A DNA stretch of 61,747 nucleotides, filler included, from Chiloscyllium plagiosum (lineage: Eukaryota), in NCBI RefSeq assembly GCF_004010195.1. It is 4 parts of one record of this genome, joined end to end, with 100 filler letters (N's around TTAATTAATTAA, not from the genome) between each part and the next. Parts side by side here need not be neighbours in the genome. Positions count along the whole stretch, not along the records: positions 13,569 to 27,307 come from NC_057714.1; positions 27,408 to 55,146 come from NC_057714.1; 2 more parts are not named here. One strand, given 5' to 3'. Under the pieces are notes generated by a model. That model saw nothing but the letters and a program-made list of their open reading frames with translations. It had not been told where the DNA came from and did not search any database. Positions 24,565-35,600 of this stretch are shown piece after piece; position 1 is the stretch's first letter; each line of letters begins with the position of its first letter. The translations under genes were made by a program, and so were the position numbers.

Positions 24565-24880
24565 TATCTGCAATTGTAATTATCTGACACTATCCTGAAT
24601 CTGAGGAGGATGTAAGATTTAATGCCAATCCCTCTGTAATTTCCACTTTCACTTCCTTCATTATCTTTAGATGCATTGCATGGTTTCTGGGTACTTTGTC
24701 AACTTCAAGTACTAACAGCTTATCCAGTATCTTTTCCTTATAAATTTTGATCCCCTCAAGTGACTATTATTTGTCTGCTATCACCATGCTCTGGGTAGCA
24801 TCTTTATCCTCAATAAAGACAAAAGCAAAGTGTTAATTTAATATCTCAGCCATACCACCTCCTTCCATGTGTAAATCCAC
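24565..24880 (-). mobile_element. Continuation of old CR1
   Basis: TGCAATT...GAATCTGAGGAGGATGTAAGATT...CCTCTGTAATTTCC is the degenerate segment expected upstream of the NYRSVSL region that ends at 23285. Confidence 0.55.
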
Positions 24881-24894
24881 TGTTTTTAATTGAA

Positions 24895-25205
24895 TCATGG
24901 GATGTGAGCATCGCTAGCTGGACCAGCATTTATTGCCCATCCCTGATTTGTCAGAGGACAGGATTTGGAGTCATGTGTAGGCCAGACCAAGCATAGACAA
25001 CAGATTTCTTTCCTGAGGGCCATTAGTGAACCGGATGGGTTTTTAAAAACAATCAACAATAATTGCTTGGTTGCCATCATACCAGCTTTATATTGGATTC
25101 AAATTTCACCATCTGCCATCATGGGATTTGAACCCACATTCCCAGCACGTTAACTTCATGCTCTGAATGACAAGTCCAGTGCCTTACCATTATGCCACTA
25201 CCTAC
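24895..25205 (-). mobile_element. tRNA-derived shark SINE (second family)
   Basis: CATGGGATGTGAGCATCGCT...CCAGCATTTATTGCCCATCCCT...GGAGTCATGTGTAGGCCAGACC...GGGATTTGAACCC (box B, reverse complement). Confidence 0.75.
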
Positions 25206-27205
25206 CCAGCTTCAGCTAATTGTCTCTGTGAGGAACTTAATTGAATGCTTTCCAGAGGCCCATAAAAATGACATCCATAGACATTCTCCTGTCCTCTGCT
25301 ATAGTCACGTCTCCACAGAAATCCATGTTGGCCTTCTCTGATCAGCTTGAATATTTCAAGATGTTCAGTTGCTTTATCCTTAATCAGAGACTAGTAATTT
25401 CCTGACATGTTGCAATATCAGGAAAGTGGATCTATAACTCCGCAAATTATCTATCTTGAAATTTACGTGTGCATTTCTATTCGAGAGATAAGATGTTTTG
25501 GATGATTTAAACTTAGACATGTATAAATCCTTTATATCCAGCAAGCAATCCTATTCCAACCTCTGCCATTACATGACAACTGGTTGAGCTAGACGTGCAC
25601 ACTTAGACTGATAAGCTGAATGGAACTGTGACTGAAATGTGAACCTTTTTACACACTTTCACCTGGCAAGGGTAAAACGAAGAGCAGAAGTGAACATGTG
25701 GAGTGAATTTAGGCATTTTTTCCTTCCTTCATTTTTTTGGCCAAGTCAACTGGATGATGTAAATCATTTTTCTCATTGGTGCAGATTTTAATGATGTCAG
25801 GCTAACTTTTTTTTTAGAAAACCAAGATTAACATTCTGATTCTTTTGTGAAGAGGTACTTCTCTTTCCTAATGATTTACGTTGTGACACGGAGCTGTCAG
25901 ATCACATTTGGTGCAGTAGTTAGATCAGGACAATAATGTCATCATGTAATAATTCTACTGTGATGGATTATAAAGAATATTACTTTCTGAATTAGCCACT
26001 TTTTAGAGCTGCTTATTAAACTTTTGATTACACCTCTGTGAAATGCCATGGAAATGTTTTCAATGTGAAAGGTGCTATGTAAATGGAATTCCTTGTAAAT
26101 GTTAAATCATTAAGGGCTTAGCTAATTGTTTTATCCCTAGGTGAACTGTTTTTCACGAATTGCTTGTGATTTTCACAATAGACATTAATTGGCTCTTAAT
26201 TGCACACTTTTTTGTTTTGCAGAAATTTAGCAATTAGATTAAAATGGGAAGAATTAAATGTTTGACTGGGTCAAAATTAAGATGAATGGTCTTTGCAACT
26301 TGATGATCTAACCTTCAAGGTAGATAGGAATGAAAAGTTTTTTCCCCTATAACAAATCTGTTGCTAATAACACAACATAGAACTTATATATAAAAAAAAT
26401 CAAGTGTTGGATTATTCAAAAAAACAAATTAGTGAAAATGTGCAAATTAAAATGTTGCAGCTTTGGTTACAGACTTGTAAATTATTAGAACCGAAAGCAG
26501 TTTGAAGAGCTGTACTCACAAGTTTCTACCTGCCCTGCAATCTGGCTCCATTTCCATGTTGTACCAAAACACACAGTTACTACTTCATATATCATTATAT
26601 CTGAAGCAGAAATTGCAGATCTTTGGACCATTGAAAACATTTTACCATTTGCTATTCTTTTTAGTGGCTTTTAGTTACCGAAGAACAGATTAATTCGCAG
26701 GGCATGTTTTAGTGGGGTTCGGTTTTAGGGGCAACAGTGGTTAAGAAAATTTAGAGCTAACCACGCTTACTCATAAACTGTGAAAACAAAGTAAACTATC
26801 AGAAATTTGTAGTAGATTTTAAGTTTAACTGATGTGTTGGCATTTTGGTATTAAACATTTAAATTCTGTGGAGGTTGAAATTCTGATATAAAAACTGGAA
26901 ATGGTTGGCAGATCAGGCCGCATCTGTGGACAGTCAAGCAGAGTTACATCAGGTCAATGATATTTCATAGAACCTTGTCTGCTTCTCAATCCTCATTTGT
27001 TATCTGACCTGCAGAGAATTTCTAGTGTTTATGTCGATATTTTATTTCCATTTCCTGCGTCTGCTCTCTGTGAAGAAATCAATTTGTGTGATTTGTTCTT
27101 GTCGAAGAAAAAGTGAAAGTTTTGTGCAGTTTTGAATACTTGGGTTGTTTAAAGATATTGCTGGAAAAGCGCAGCAGGTCAGGCAGCATCCAAGGAGCAG
27201 GAGAA

Positions 27206-27237
27206 TCGACGTTTCGGGCATGAGCCCTTCTTCAGGA
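27206..27237 (-). ncRNA. Minimal hammerhead motif (second PLE family)
   Basis: Minus strand reads UC-CUGAAGA-A-GGGC-ucau-GCCC-GAAA-CG-UC-GA, with palindromic ACGU stem III and a GUC triplet. Confidence 0.65.
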
Positions 27238-27307
27238 ATGAAGAAAGTGTGTCCAGCAGGCTAAGATACAAGGTAGGGAGGAGGGACTTGGGGGAGGGGC
27301 GTTGGAA

Positions 27308-27407
27308 NNNNNNNNNNNNNNNNNNNNNNNNNNNNNNNNNNNNNNNNNNNNTTAATTAATTAANNNNNNNNNNNNNNNNNNNNNNNNNNNNNNNNNNNNN
27401 NNNNNNN
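27308..27407. other. Artificial 100-bp gap with linker
   Basis: 44 N + TTAATTAATTAA + 44 N. Confidence 0.97.
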
Positions 27408-28285
27408 CCCCACCTTGTCTCAGTCAAATCCCTCGAACTCAGCACCGCCTTCCTAACCTGCAATCTTCTTCCTGACCTCTCCGCCCCCAACCCCACTCCG
27501 GCCTATCACCCTCACCTTGACCTCCTTCCAGCTATCGCATTTCCAATGCCCCTCCCCCAAGTCCCTCCTCCCTACTTTTATCTCAGCCTGCTGGACACAC
27601 TTTCTTCATTCCTGAAGAAGGGCTCATGCCCAAAACGTCGATTCTCCTGCTCCTTGGATGCTGCCTGACCTCCTGCGCTTTTCTAGCAACACATTTTCAG
27701 CTCTGATCTCCAGCATCTGCAGTTCTCACTTTCCCCTTGTTTAAAGATATATCAAAATGTAATCCATTGACAATGCCTGGAAGAAGTTCCCCTTTCATTG
27801 ATTGGTTGAATCATAAATTTGCATATGGTCTGATAGTTCAACCAGGACCATAGTTCAAGGGATTTATCATCAGTCCAATGCATGTTCCTACATGTAATCT
27901 TTTGTTGGTATTCAAGCAGCTTTCAGTTAAGTTTGATGAAGGGGCCAAGCACAGGTGTGCTGTATGCTGGAGGTAATAATGCAGGAGTAGAAATAGAAGC
28001 AATTGCCAGATACATAACTGCAATGATAACTCAACTAAGCTAGTCAATGCAGGAAAGGGATTTGAGGAGAATGATGTGATGAGTGACGTCAAAAACTGCA
28101 GACAGAATGAGGAAGGTTAATGCATCGTGGTTACAATAATCAAGTTGAGTACTAATTTGAAGCAGTGAATGACGCATAACTGTTAATAAATGATGGCTTC
28201 TTCTCTCTGATTTGTCAGAGATTAGAGCTGCAAAGTAAGAATAAGAAACAAGTTGAAAACCAAGTTGGAAGCTCATAATCTTTGC

Positions 28286-28336
28286 CATGAAAATATTGCA
28301 ATCTTCTGACATGAAAATATTGCAATCTTCTGACAT
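28286..28336. repeat. 24-bp perfect tandem duplication
   Basis: CATGAAAATATTGCAATCTTCTGA twice, adjacent to a CR1 tail. Confidence 0.9.
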
Positions 28337-28339
28337 TAA

Positions 28340-28670
28340 TAACAACAGGAGTAGGCCATTCAACCCCTGAATCCTGTTCTGTCATTTAATGAGTTACTGG
28401 CTGATCTGTGTCCTGATTCCTATCTTTGGACCATATTTCTTAATACCTATTCAAGAAAAATCTATCTGTATCAAATGTAGAACTAACATCCTATCTAACA
28501 AACTGCCATTTGTGGAAGCAAATTTCAAAACCCTCAACAATTTTGGGGTGTTGAAGTGCTTCCTGCCATCTCTGCTGAACAGTCTGACCCTAACTCTCAG
28601 ACTATGCCCCCTAGTTCTAGAATCACCAACCAGTGGAAATAGTTTGTTTTTACTACTGTGTATTTTTCTT
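28340..28670 (-). mobile_element. Old CR1 3' end
   Basis: ORF 28451-28690 KLFPLVGDSRTRGHSLRVR...F.RDGRKHF. Confidence 0.8.
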
Positions 28671-28949
28671 TTCTGGATCTGAAGAGACATTTATGTTGAA
28701 GGTAAAGTGTTTTAATAGGCTTGTACATTTTTAAATGGGTTGCACTTATTCAAAGTAGTTGGAATTATCTGACAATACTTACATCAGTTAAATCTTCAGA
28801 AAAGCTACTCATTATAAAAAAAGAATTTGGAACAATTTTTGTAAAAGTTTGGAAAAAGCTAGGCTTTGCAAGTTGTCATTCTTATTCGTGGTTAGGGGTG
28901 CAGTGGAGACCCTCTAGCTTACGCCTTTAGTTTGAAGATGAGCTTTGTT

Positions 28950-29700
28950 CATTTTTCTTCACTCGTGGGGCAGCACTTATTATTTGTGTGAAAGTGGTGG
29001 TGAGCTGCAACTTGAACTGCTGCATTCTATGTGCTGTAGGTCGACCCACAGTGCCCTTTGGGAGCGAATTCCAGGATTTTGACCTAGCAAAGTGATGGGA
29101 TGGCAATACATTTCCAAGACTGGATGGTGAATGACTTGGAAGGGAGTTTTCAAGATGTGATGTTTCCATGTATCTGCTGCCTCTGTCCTTCTAGATAGTA
29201 GTGGCTGTTGGTTTGGTAGGTGTTGTCGATTATCTGCAGTGCATCTCGTAAATGGTCCACATTGTCAGTGGAGAAGGGAGAGGATTTTTATGGATGTGAT
29301 GCCAATCAAAAGGCTTCTTTGCCCTTTGGTGGTGTTGAGCTTATTAAGTGTTGTTGAAGCTGCAACCATCCAGGAAAGTGGGGAGTATCCATCACACTCC
29401 TGACATGGTGCCTCATAGATTGTGGACAGGCTTTGGGGAGTCAGGGGTGAGTTACTTACTGCAGTATTCCTTACCTCTGACTAATGTGGCAAGTCCAGTT
29501 GCATTTCTGGTCAATGGTAACCCCCAGGATATGAGCAATGGTTGGTTCAATGATTGTAACACTGTTGAATGTCAAGTGATGGTGATTAGATTGTCTTCAA
29601 TTGGAGATGGTCATTGCAAGGTATTTATGTGGCATGAATGTTACTTGCCACTTGTCAGCCCAAGCCGAGATATCATCCAGGTTTTGTTACATTTGAACAG
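28950..29700 (-). mobile_element. Old LINE (L2/CR1 group) 3' portion
   Basis: TGGTGGTGAGCTGC..CTTGAACTGCTGCA...GAATTCCAGGATTTTGACC is the reverse complement of the tail seen at 21940-22140 and 32400-32790. Confidence 0.65.
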
Positions 29701-29846
29701 TAATTTCAATGTGTTTAACAAGAATTTTAGAATTTATGTTTTGGTGAGTAATTGTCACAGTTAACTAATCATGTTAAATCTTAAAGTTACAGGGAGAAAC
29801 ATTGACTGCTAAGCAGATATTCCTGACCAATTGGCAAAATTTGAAA

Positions 29847-30176
29847 CATAGAATCCCTACAGTGTGGGAACAGGCCATTTGGCCCAACACATCCACACCG
29901 ATTCTCCAAAGAGCATTCCACCCAAACTAACCCTCATACCCTATCTCTGCACTTCCCATGGCTAATCCACCTAATCTACACATCTGTGGACATTGTAGGG
30001 CAATTTCCCATGGCCAATCCATCTAAACTGCACATCTGTGGACTGTGGGAGGAAACCAGAGCACTTACAGAAACCCACACAGATACGAAGAATATGCAAA
30101 CTCCACACAGACTCCGCCTAAGGCTGGAATTGATTCTGGGTACTGACACTGTGAGGCAGCACTGAGCCACCATGCC
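29847..30176 (-). mobile_element. HE1-type V-SINE
   Basis: Reverse complement of the 14562-14905 family (GGGAGGAAACC...GCAAACTCCACACAGAC...GTGAGGCAGC). Confidence 0.88.
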
Positions 30177-30691
30177 TGTTGCTTTTCATTTGTCCCTTGC
30201 TCTTTAATTATTTGTTGCTCTTTTGCAATGTGTGTGAAAATACTATCTCTTAGCCTTTGTGAGGGCATGTAGAAATCTAACTTAGATGATAAACATAGGC
30301 TAGTATTTAAGAGAGGATGGTGGGGTGAATTTGTTTTTCTTAATGTAAAAGACCAGCAGTGTGGACTAGGCTTTAATAGTATGATCAAGTGTGACGTATC
30401 CATGGGATTGACTTGATGAGCTAAAAGGTTTTTCTTGTTCTGGATTTTATTTCTATATAATAAAGGAAGTTTACTTTATTCTTAAAATAAAAAAAAACTT
30501 TTGTTTGTCGTGTGTATATGAAATGAAAGCTTATTTGTAATAGTATGACTAATAGGAAAATGAAAAGTAGAAGATAGATCTATTTTACAGCAGTAGGAAA
30601 CGTGCTTGTATCGACTGATATTATTCATTGCTTGAACATGAATAATGAGTGGATTTAAACAGTTGATTTTGTGCATTGTTTGGCTGAACAG

Positions 30692-30718
30692 TGATAAGCT
30701 CAGACTAAACATGTATGG
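30692..30718 (+). other. Candidate 27-nt microexon of an unidentified host gene
   Basis: ttttgtgcattgtttggctgaacag|TGATAAGCTCAGACTAAACATGTATGG|gtaagt. Only one frame is open (x-DKLRLNMY-G). Confidence 0.25.
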
Positions 30719-30937
30719 GTAAGTAATTCAGCTGTGCAGTTAGAATGCCCAAATCTTCCTCTGGGAGCTGTGCTCTTCAGGAGGACTGCAAGATGTGGGA
30801 GCCTGGGGTTCCTTCGTATCATCATGCTGATTGGTGATGGAAATAATTTTTGGCATAGTCCCAGTAAGCTAAGACTTGATATTGAGGCCATTAATTTTCT
30901 ATCACTGCTGTGATGCTTCATCCTGTAAACCTCAGAG

Positions 30938-30947
30938 CTGTCAATCA
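30938..30947 (-). promoter_or_regulatory. PBX-MEIS/PREP decamer TGATTGACAG in TE-poor island
   Basis: CTGTCAATCA on + is an exact consensus match. Function is unproven. Confidence 0.35.
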
Positions 30948-31729
30948 ACGAAGGCAGATGCCCACTGCAGACTGCAATAAAGCAAGCGAATGAGGACTGT
31001 AATTTAGTGCTTCCAGTTGAGCAAATTAACTATCAGTAGAATAAAAGCTGGCGCACTGGGGAATTAAATGGTAAGAAGTAGCTATTTTGACTGGCAGCTA
31101 GATTTATAATGCAGATTTTATTTGTATTTCGAGCCTTGAAAAGTAGTCCAAAGACCAAAATGATGGTTAGGTGCTTATTTGAGCAGCAGACCATTCTGTG
31201 CACCTGTGGATTTCCTACGTGACGAATGGATGGTCGATATTCTAAGCCTTTTGAAAGCATAAAGGGCTGGTTTCCATGGTGAAGCAAGCAATTTCACGAG
31301 CCTGTGAAAGGAGAACGATCAGTTGGAATTATCAATTTATATCAACATGCAAGCAAATATTAATTAAAGTATAATGATTAGGTCACCAAAGAGATTACAT
31401 AATTTCCCATTTTGGCAATGGGCTGTATTTTCTGAACGAATAGGTGGAACCTTAATGGGACATTGAGGGTTTTGTCTTCCGATAGAAAGCTAGCAAGAGA
31501 TCATTCCCGTTGCTGCTGCTTTTTGGGAGAGCCTGTCAAACCAGATTCCCAGCAATTAATGGCAACATCAACAGCAGGAGGTTCCTGGAACCCAGACACC
31601 CTGAGTTCATGTCCCACCCTACTGAGAACTGCTGACCAATCAGCGGTCTTGTTCTTGTATTTAGGCGCATCACTTGTAAGGTAGTGGATGTTGCAGGGAG
31701 AACACGTTCTGGAGTCTACAGAGTGACAA

Positions 31730-31845
31730 GTCATAGAGTCATACGGTACAGAAATAGACCCTTTGGTGCAACCCATCCATGCTGACTGGGTATCCTAAAC
31801 TGAACTAGTCCCATTTGCCTGTGATTGGTACACATCCCTCAAAAC
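31730..31845 (-). mobile_element. CR1 3' tail fragment
   Basis: GTCATAGAGTCATAC...GAAATAGACCCTTTGGT..AAC..ATCCATGCTGAC...ACTAGTCCCATTTGCC. Confidence 0.75.
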
Positions 31846-32129
31846 TGTTAAAATGATGGGAAGGGGGATTTTGCTGAGTTGAGGGTCACAGGGAGAAGCG
31901 TTGGATGATAAGTTAGCTGCATGGTTTTAGCTCCTTGTGTGCCACATGCCCGCCATTGGGTTGATATCAGTAGTTACCAGTTGGGGGTCACAATTACTGG
32001 TGGAATGGGAAGGTTGACCATGGCAATCTAATTTAGAATTTAATTCTGGTGGCGGTGGAAGGCCATGGGGGTTCTCAGATGTCACTGTTCCATCTAATTA
32101 TATTCCCTTTAAACCTCCATGCATGCTAT

Positions 32130-32795
32130 CAGCAAGATCAAGTCAGAAGCTAGGAATTCTGTGGCAAGTTACTAACCCTCTGACAATCATCTCCAGGGTA
32201 CAAGTCAGGAATGTGATGGAATACTTTTCACTTGCCTGAATGGGTGCATCTTCAACAACACTTAAGAAGTTTGATAGCATGCAGGGCAAAGCAGCCCATT
32301 TGTTAGGCACCACATTGTCCTTTCAGGTGGCAGAAAACACAGGGGAACAAATGTATGGGAACATTTTCATCTGCAAGTTCTCCTCCAAGTCAATTGCTAT
32401 CCTGGCTTGGAAATATATTGCCATTCGTTGTTACAGGACCCAAAATCCTGGAACTCCTTTCCTGGTAGCATTATGTGTATCTCTATGTACCAAGGACCGC
32501 ATTGGTTCAAATTTGCGGTTCATTCAGGTGGCAGAAAACACAGGGGAACAAATGCATGGGAACATTTTCATCTGCAAGTTCTCCTCCAAGTCAATTGCTA
32601 TCCTGGCTTGGAAATATATTCGTTGTTACAGGACCCAAAATCCTGGAACTCCTTTCCTGGTAGCATTATGTGTATCTCTATGTACCAAGGACCGCATTGG
32701 TTCAAATTTGCGGTTCACCACCAGCTTCTCCAGGCCAATTAGAGATCAGTCATAAATGCTGGGCAGCCAGTTACACCTACATCCCATGAACAAAT
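32130..32795 (+). mobile_element. Old LINE (L2/CR1 group) 3' end with internal tandem duplication
   Basis: TACAAGTCAGGAATGTGATGGAATACT...CTTGCCTGAATGGGTGCA coding remnant. 32322-32522 is repeated at 32523-32717. Confidence 0.7.
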
Positions 32796-33617
32796 ATGTT
32801 TTGAAAATCAGTCTTAGATTCCAAGTATAAAGAAACACACATTGATTCGCAAAAGGTGAGATTGATAATTTTGTTTTGCTATCAGATGCAAAATTGTAAC
32901 ATGGGAATTTGATAAATTAGGTTTATGAGAAGTAAATTCAGTACTTTAAGTTATTTAAGTGCCTCAACTGCATTAGCAACAAGTACACACACTCCATGCT
33001 TGTTTGAATTCCCACACATTATGTTGTTACCATTTATAGTAAAGATGCAAACTAAATTATGTTTCATTGGCAGTAGCAGCTACAGCTAACCCTGAGTATC
33101 AAAGGCTCTTGCTTTTTTTAAGTGTGACTCATTTCATGGCCTTGAATTGCAAAGCTGATTTTGAGAATTTTTGCTTCAATTTTTGCAGTCTCCAAAATAT
33201 CACTGAAAGGAATAATTTAGTCTGCTACAATTAGACTCTTGTGTTGGAAATTCGAGCCAAACTGTACATTCTCCATAAAATATTACAGTAGCCAACAAAT
33301 ATCAAATTTTGCACTGGATTTATATTACTTATCCTCTTTCAAAATTGCATAGTTTTCTTTTACTATGCTTCAACATACATTGTTAATATTAGAGGATTTT
33401 TATCTGGTAAGAAATAATACATTATTTGGCTGAGAATTGTAGCCTGAGGTGTTTCTAGAAGTTGATATCTTGCTCAGTTTGCAAGTTGCCAGCAGAAGTT
33501 GAAAAACAAAAACCCCTGAAATAGACAAGAAACCAAATAAGAAAGGAAGATAACTCTCTAATTTTAACCCTTTTGCCAGGCTTTAGGTCAAATACCTTTA
33601 GGTTCATTAATGATTAA

Positions 33618-33960
33618 GGGACAGCGAGGTGGCTCAGTAGTTAGCACTGTTTCCTCCCAGCACCAAGAACCCAGGTTCTGTTCCAGCCTTGGGTGGCTGT
33701 GGAGTGTGTATGTTCTCCCCGTAGCTTTGTGGGTTTCCACCAGGTGCTCCAGTTTCCTCTCAAAGTCCAAAGATGTGCAGTTTAGGTGGATTGGGCATGC
33801 TCAATTGTTTCATAGTATAGTGTGTCCAGAGTTGTGCAGGCTTCGTCAGTTAGCCATGGTTCTGGGGATAGTGTCAGGGGAAATGCTCTTCGCAGGGTTG
33901 TGCAGACTGGATGGGCCGAATGACCTTTACCCACATTATAGGAATTCAATGATTCCGTAA
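33618..33960 (+). mobile_element. HE1-type V-SINE (older copy)
   Basis: GGTGGCTCAGTAGTTAGCACTG, CCCAGGTTC..TTCC, V-domain, CR1-like tail. Confidence 0.85.
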
Positions 33961-34339
33961 TGATTCTCTGAACTGGAAGGCCCAAGTTCAAGCTCCTCTA
34001 TGGGATTAGTTGGCCACCAGAGTTTGAATGGCTCGGAGCAGGTGTTTTTCAGCCTGCAGAATCCTTCCATTGTTTCATAGCATTCTTCAAGGATGAAGAG
34101 AGTTTGAAGATATGCCAACTAACAGAACTATCTGTTTAATATTGCTGCACACAGAGGCCTGCCATTATCACAAAAATACTTGCAGCATACCTTTCCACAA
34201 ACCCAGTGATTCTCTAAGTGCTAAATTGTAAAGTTATGGGACTAGACCAATGAATCAATAGTTAGTTCAAATATCTGTTGATTTGGACCTGAAAAAAAGT
34301 GATTGTGGTAATTGTTGAATTCCTATTTTCACGTTTGTA

Positions 34340-34865
34340 ATATTATCCATCTTGACCTCAGCCTAAACCCAACTGCTGCTTAACCTGTCATTCTTGCCAT
34401 TTTTACTCTGCCATGCCTCCGTACCTTTGGTTGGACTCCCATTTTTCACCATATGTGAACTTGGAGCTCATCCAGAATTCTGCTGCCGATATCCTAAGTT
34501 GCACTTTATGCAATAATCCTATGCATTGGCTCCCAGTACTGCAATGTTGGAAATTTAAAATTCTCATTCTTGTTTCCATGTCACTTCAGGACTTTTCTAT
34601 TCCTTATCTCTATAATTTCACGTAACCCTGATGGGACTCTCCCTGCCCCTAATCATCCCACCATAGCAGACAGGATTTGAGTTGTCTAGACTGTTAGTTT
34701 AAGAACTTTCACCCTTTTGCCTCTCCATCCCCCCGGTCTCCTATTCAGAGTGCCTCTCAAAACCAACAAGCTTTTGATGTCTTAACATCTCCTTATGTGA
34801 GTTAACAAATTCTGTTGTTTGATGTTCCCTTGAGGCATTAATGGTTTTGCATAAATGTAAGTTTC
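34340..34865 (+). mobile_element. Degenerate L2-like LINE 3' end
   Basis: ORF 34413-34625 LELIQNSAADIL...MHWLPV....KFKILIL resembles the L2 ORF2 C-terminus (LHWLP motif). Confidence 0.6.
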
Positions 34866-35154
34866 TGTGACAAATCATTTGTTCATTGAGAAATCGCAAG
34901 ATACTGCATAGTTCCAAGTTTGAATATTATGTGACCTGAAGGGTTCTCGTAGATCATGGTGTTCCCATGTGCCTGCTGCCCTTGTTCTTCTAAGTGATTG
35001 ACGTCATCTGGTTGGAGGATGTTCTGCATCTTGTAAATAGCACATTCTGCTGCCACAATGTGTCAGTGGCAAAAGGAATGAATGTTCAAGGTGTTGGTTG
35101 GATTGCCAAACAAGTGGTCACATTGCCTTGGATTTTATTGAGGTTCTGTGGTGA

Positions 35155-35600
35155 GTTCAGTTATGAGAAAAGGTTGGAGATATTTAGGATTTTTTTCCTT
35201 CAATAGAAGAAGGCTAAGACGAGATTTCACAGAAGTTCTCAAAATGGTCAGGGTTTTGGACAGTGAAGATAGGGAGAAACTGTTCCCACCACTAATTGAA
35301 TCAAGAACCAGATGACATAGTTTAAAAGTGTTTTCCAAAGGAAACAAATGCAACAACAGGAAAACCTTGTTCACACAACAAGTACTTAGGATCTGGAATG
35401 CATTGGCTGGAACTGTGGTGAATGCAGATAAATTGAGGTATCCAAGAGGGCGTTGGATGTATATCTACATAAAAATAGTGTTCAGGCTACAGGGAAAAGA
35501 TGGAAGATTTGGCACCAGGTTAAAATGTTCAGGCAGTCCATGCAGGCATGATGAGCTGAATGGCTTCCTTCTCTACTATAACAGTTTGATGATTTTGTGA
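35155..35600 (+). mobile_element. Old CR1 3' end
   Basis: SYEKRLE...RRRLR.D, RK.LFTQQVLRIWNAL. Confidence 0.75.

Larger units (their letters stand above)
27159..27736. mobile_element. PLE with inverted termini spanning a gap, 14-bp TSD
   Basis: 27159-27307 is the reverse complement of ~27542-27690. TTGTTTAAAGATAT occurs at 27145-27158 and 27737-27750. Confidence 0.9.

Noticed and set aside
26223..26319. Possible exon after ttttttgttttgcag
   Set aside because: Stops in all frames and a weak donor.
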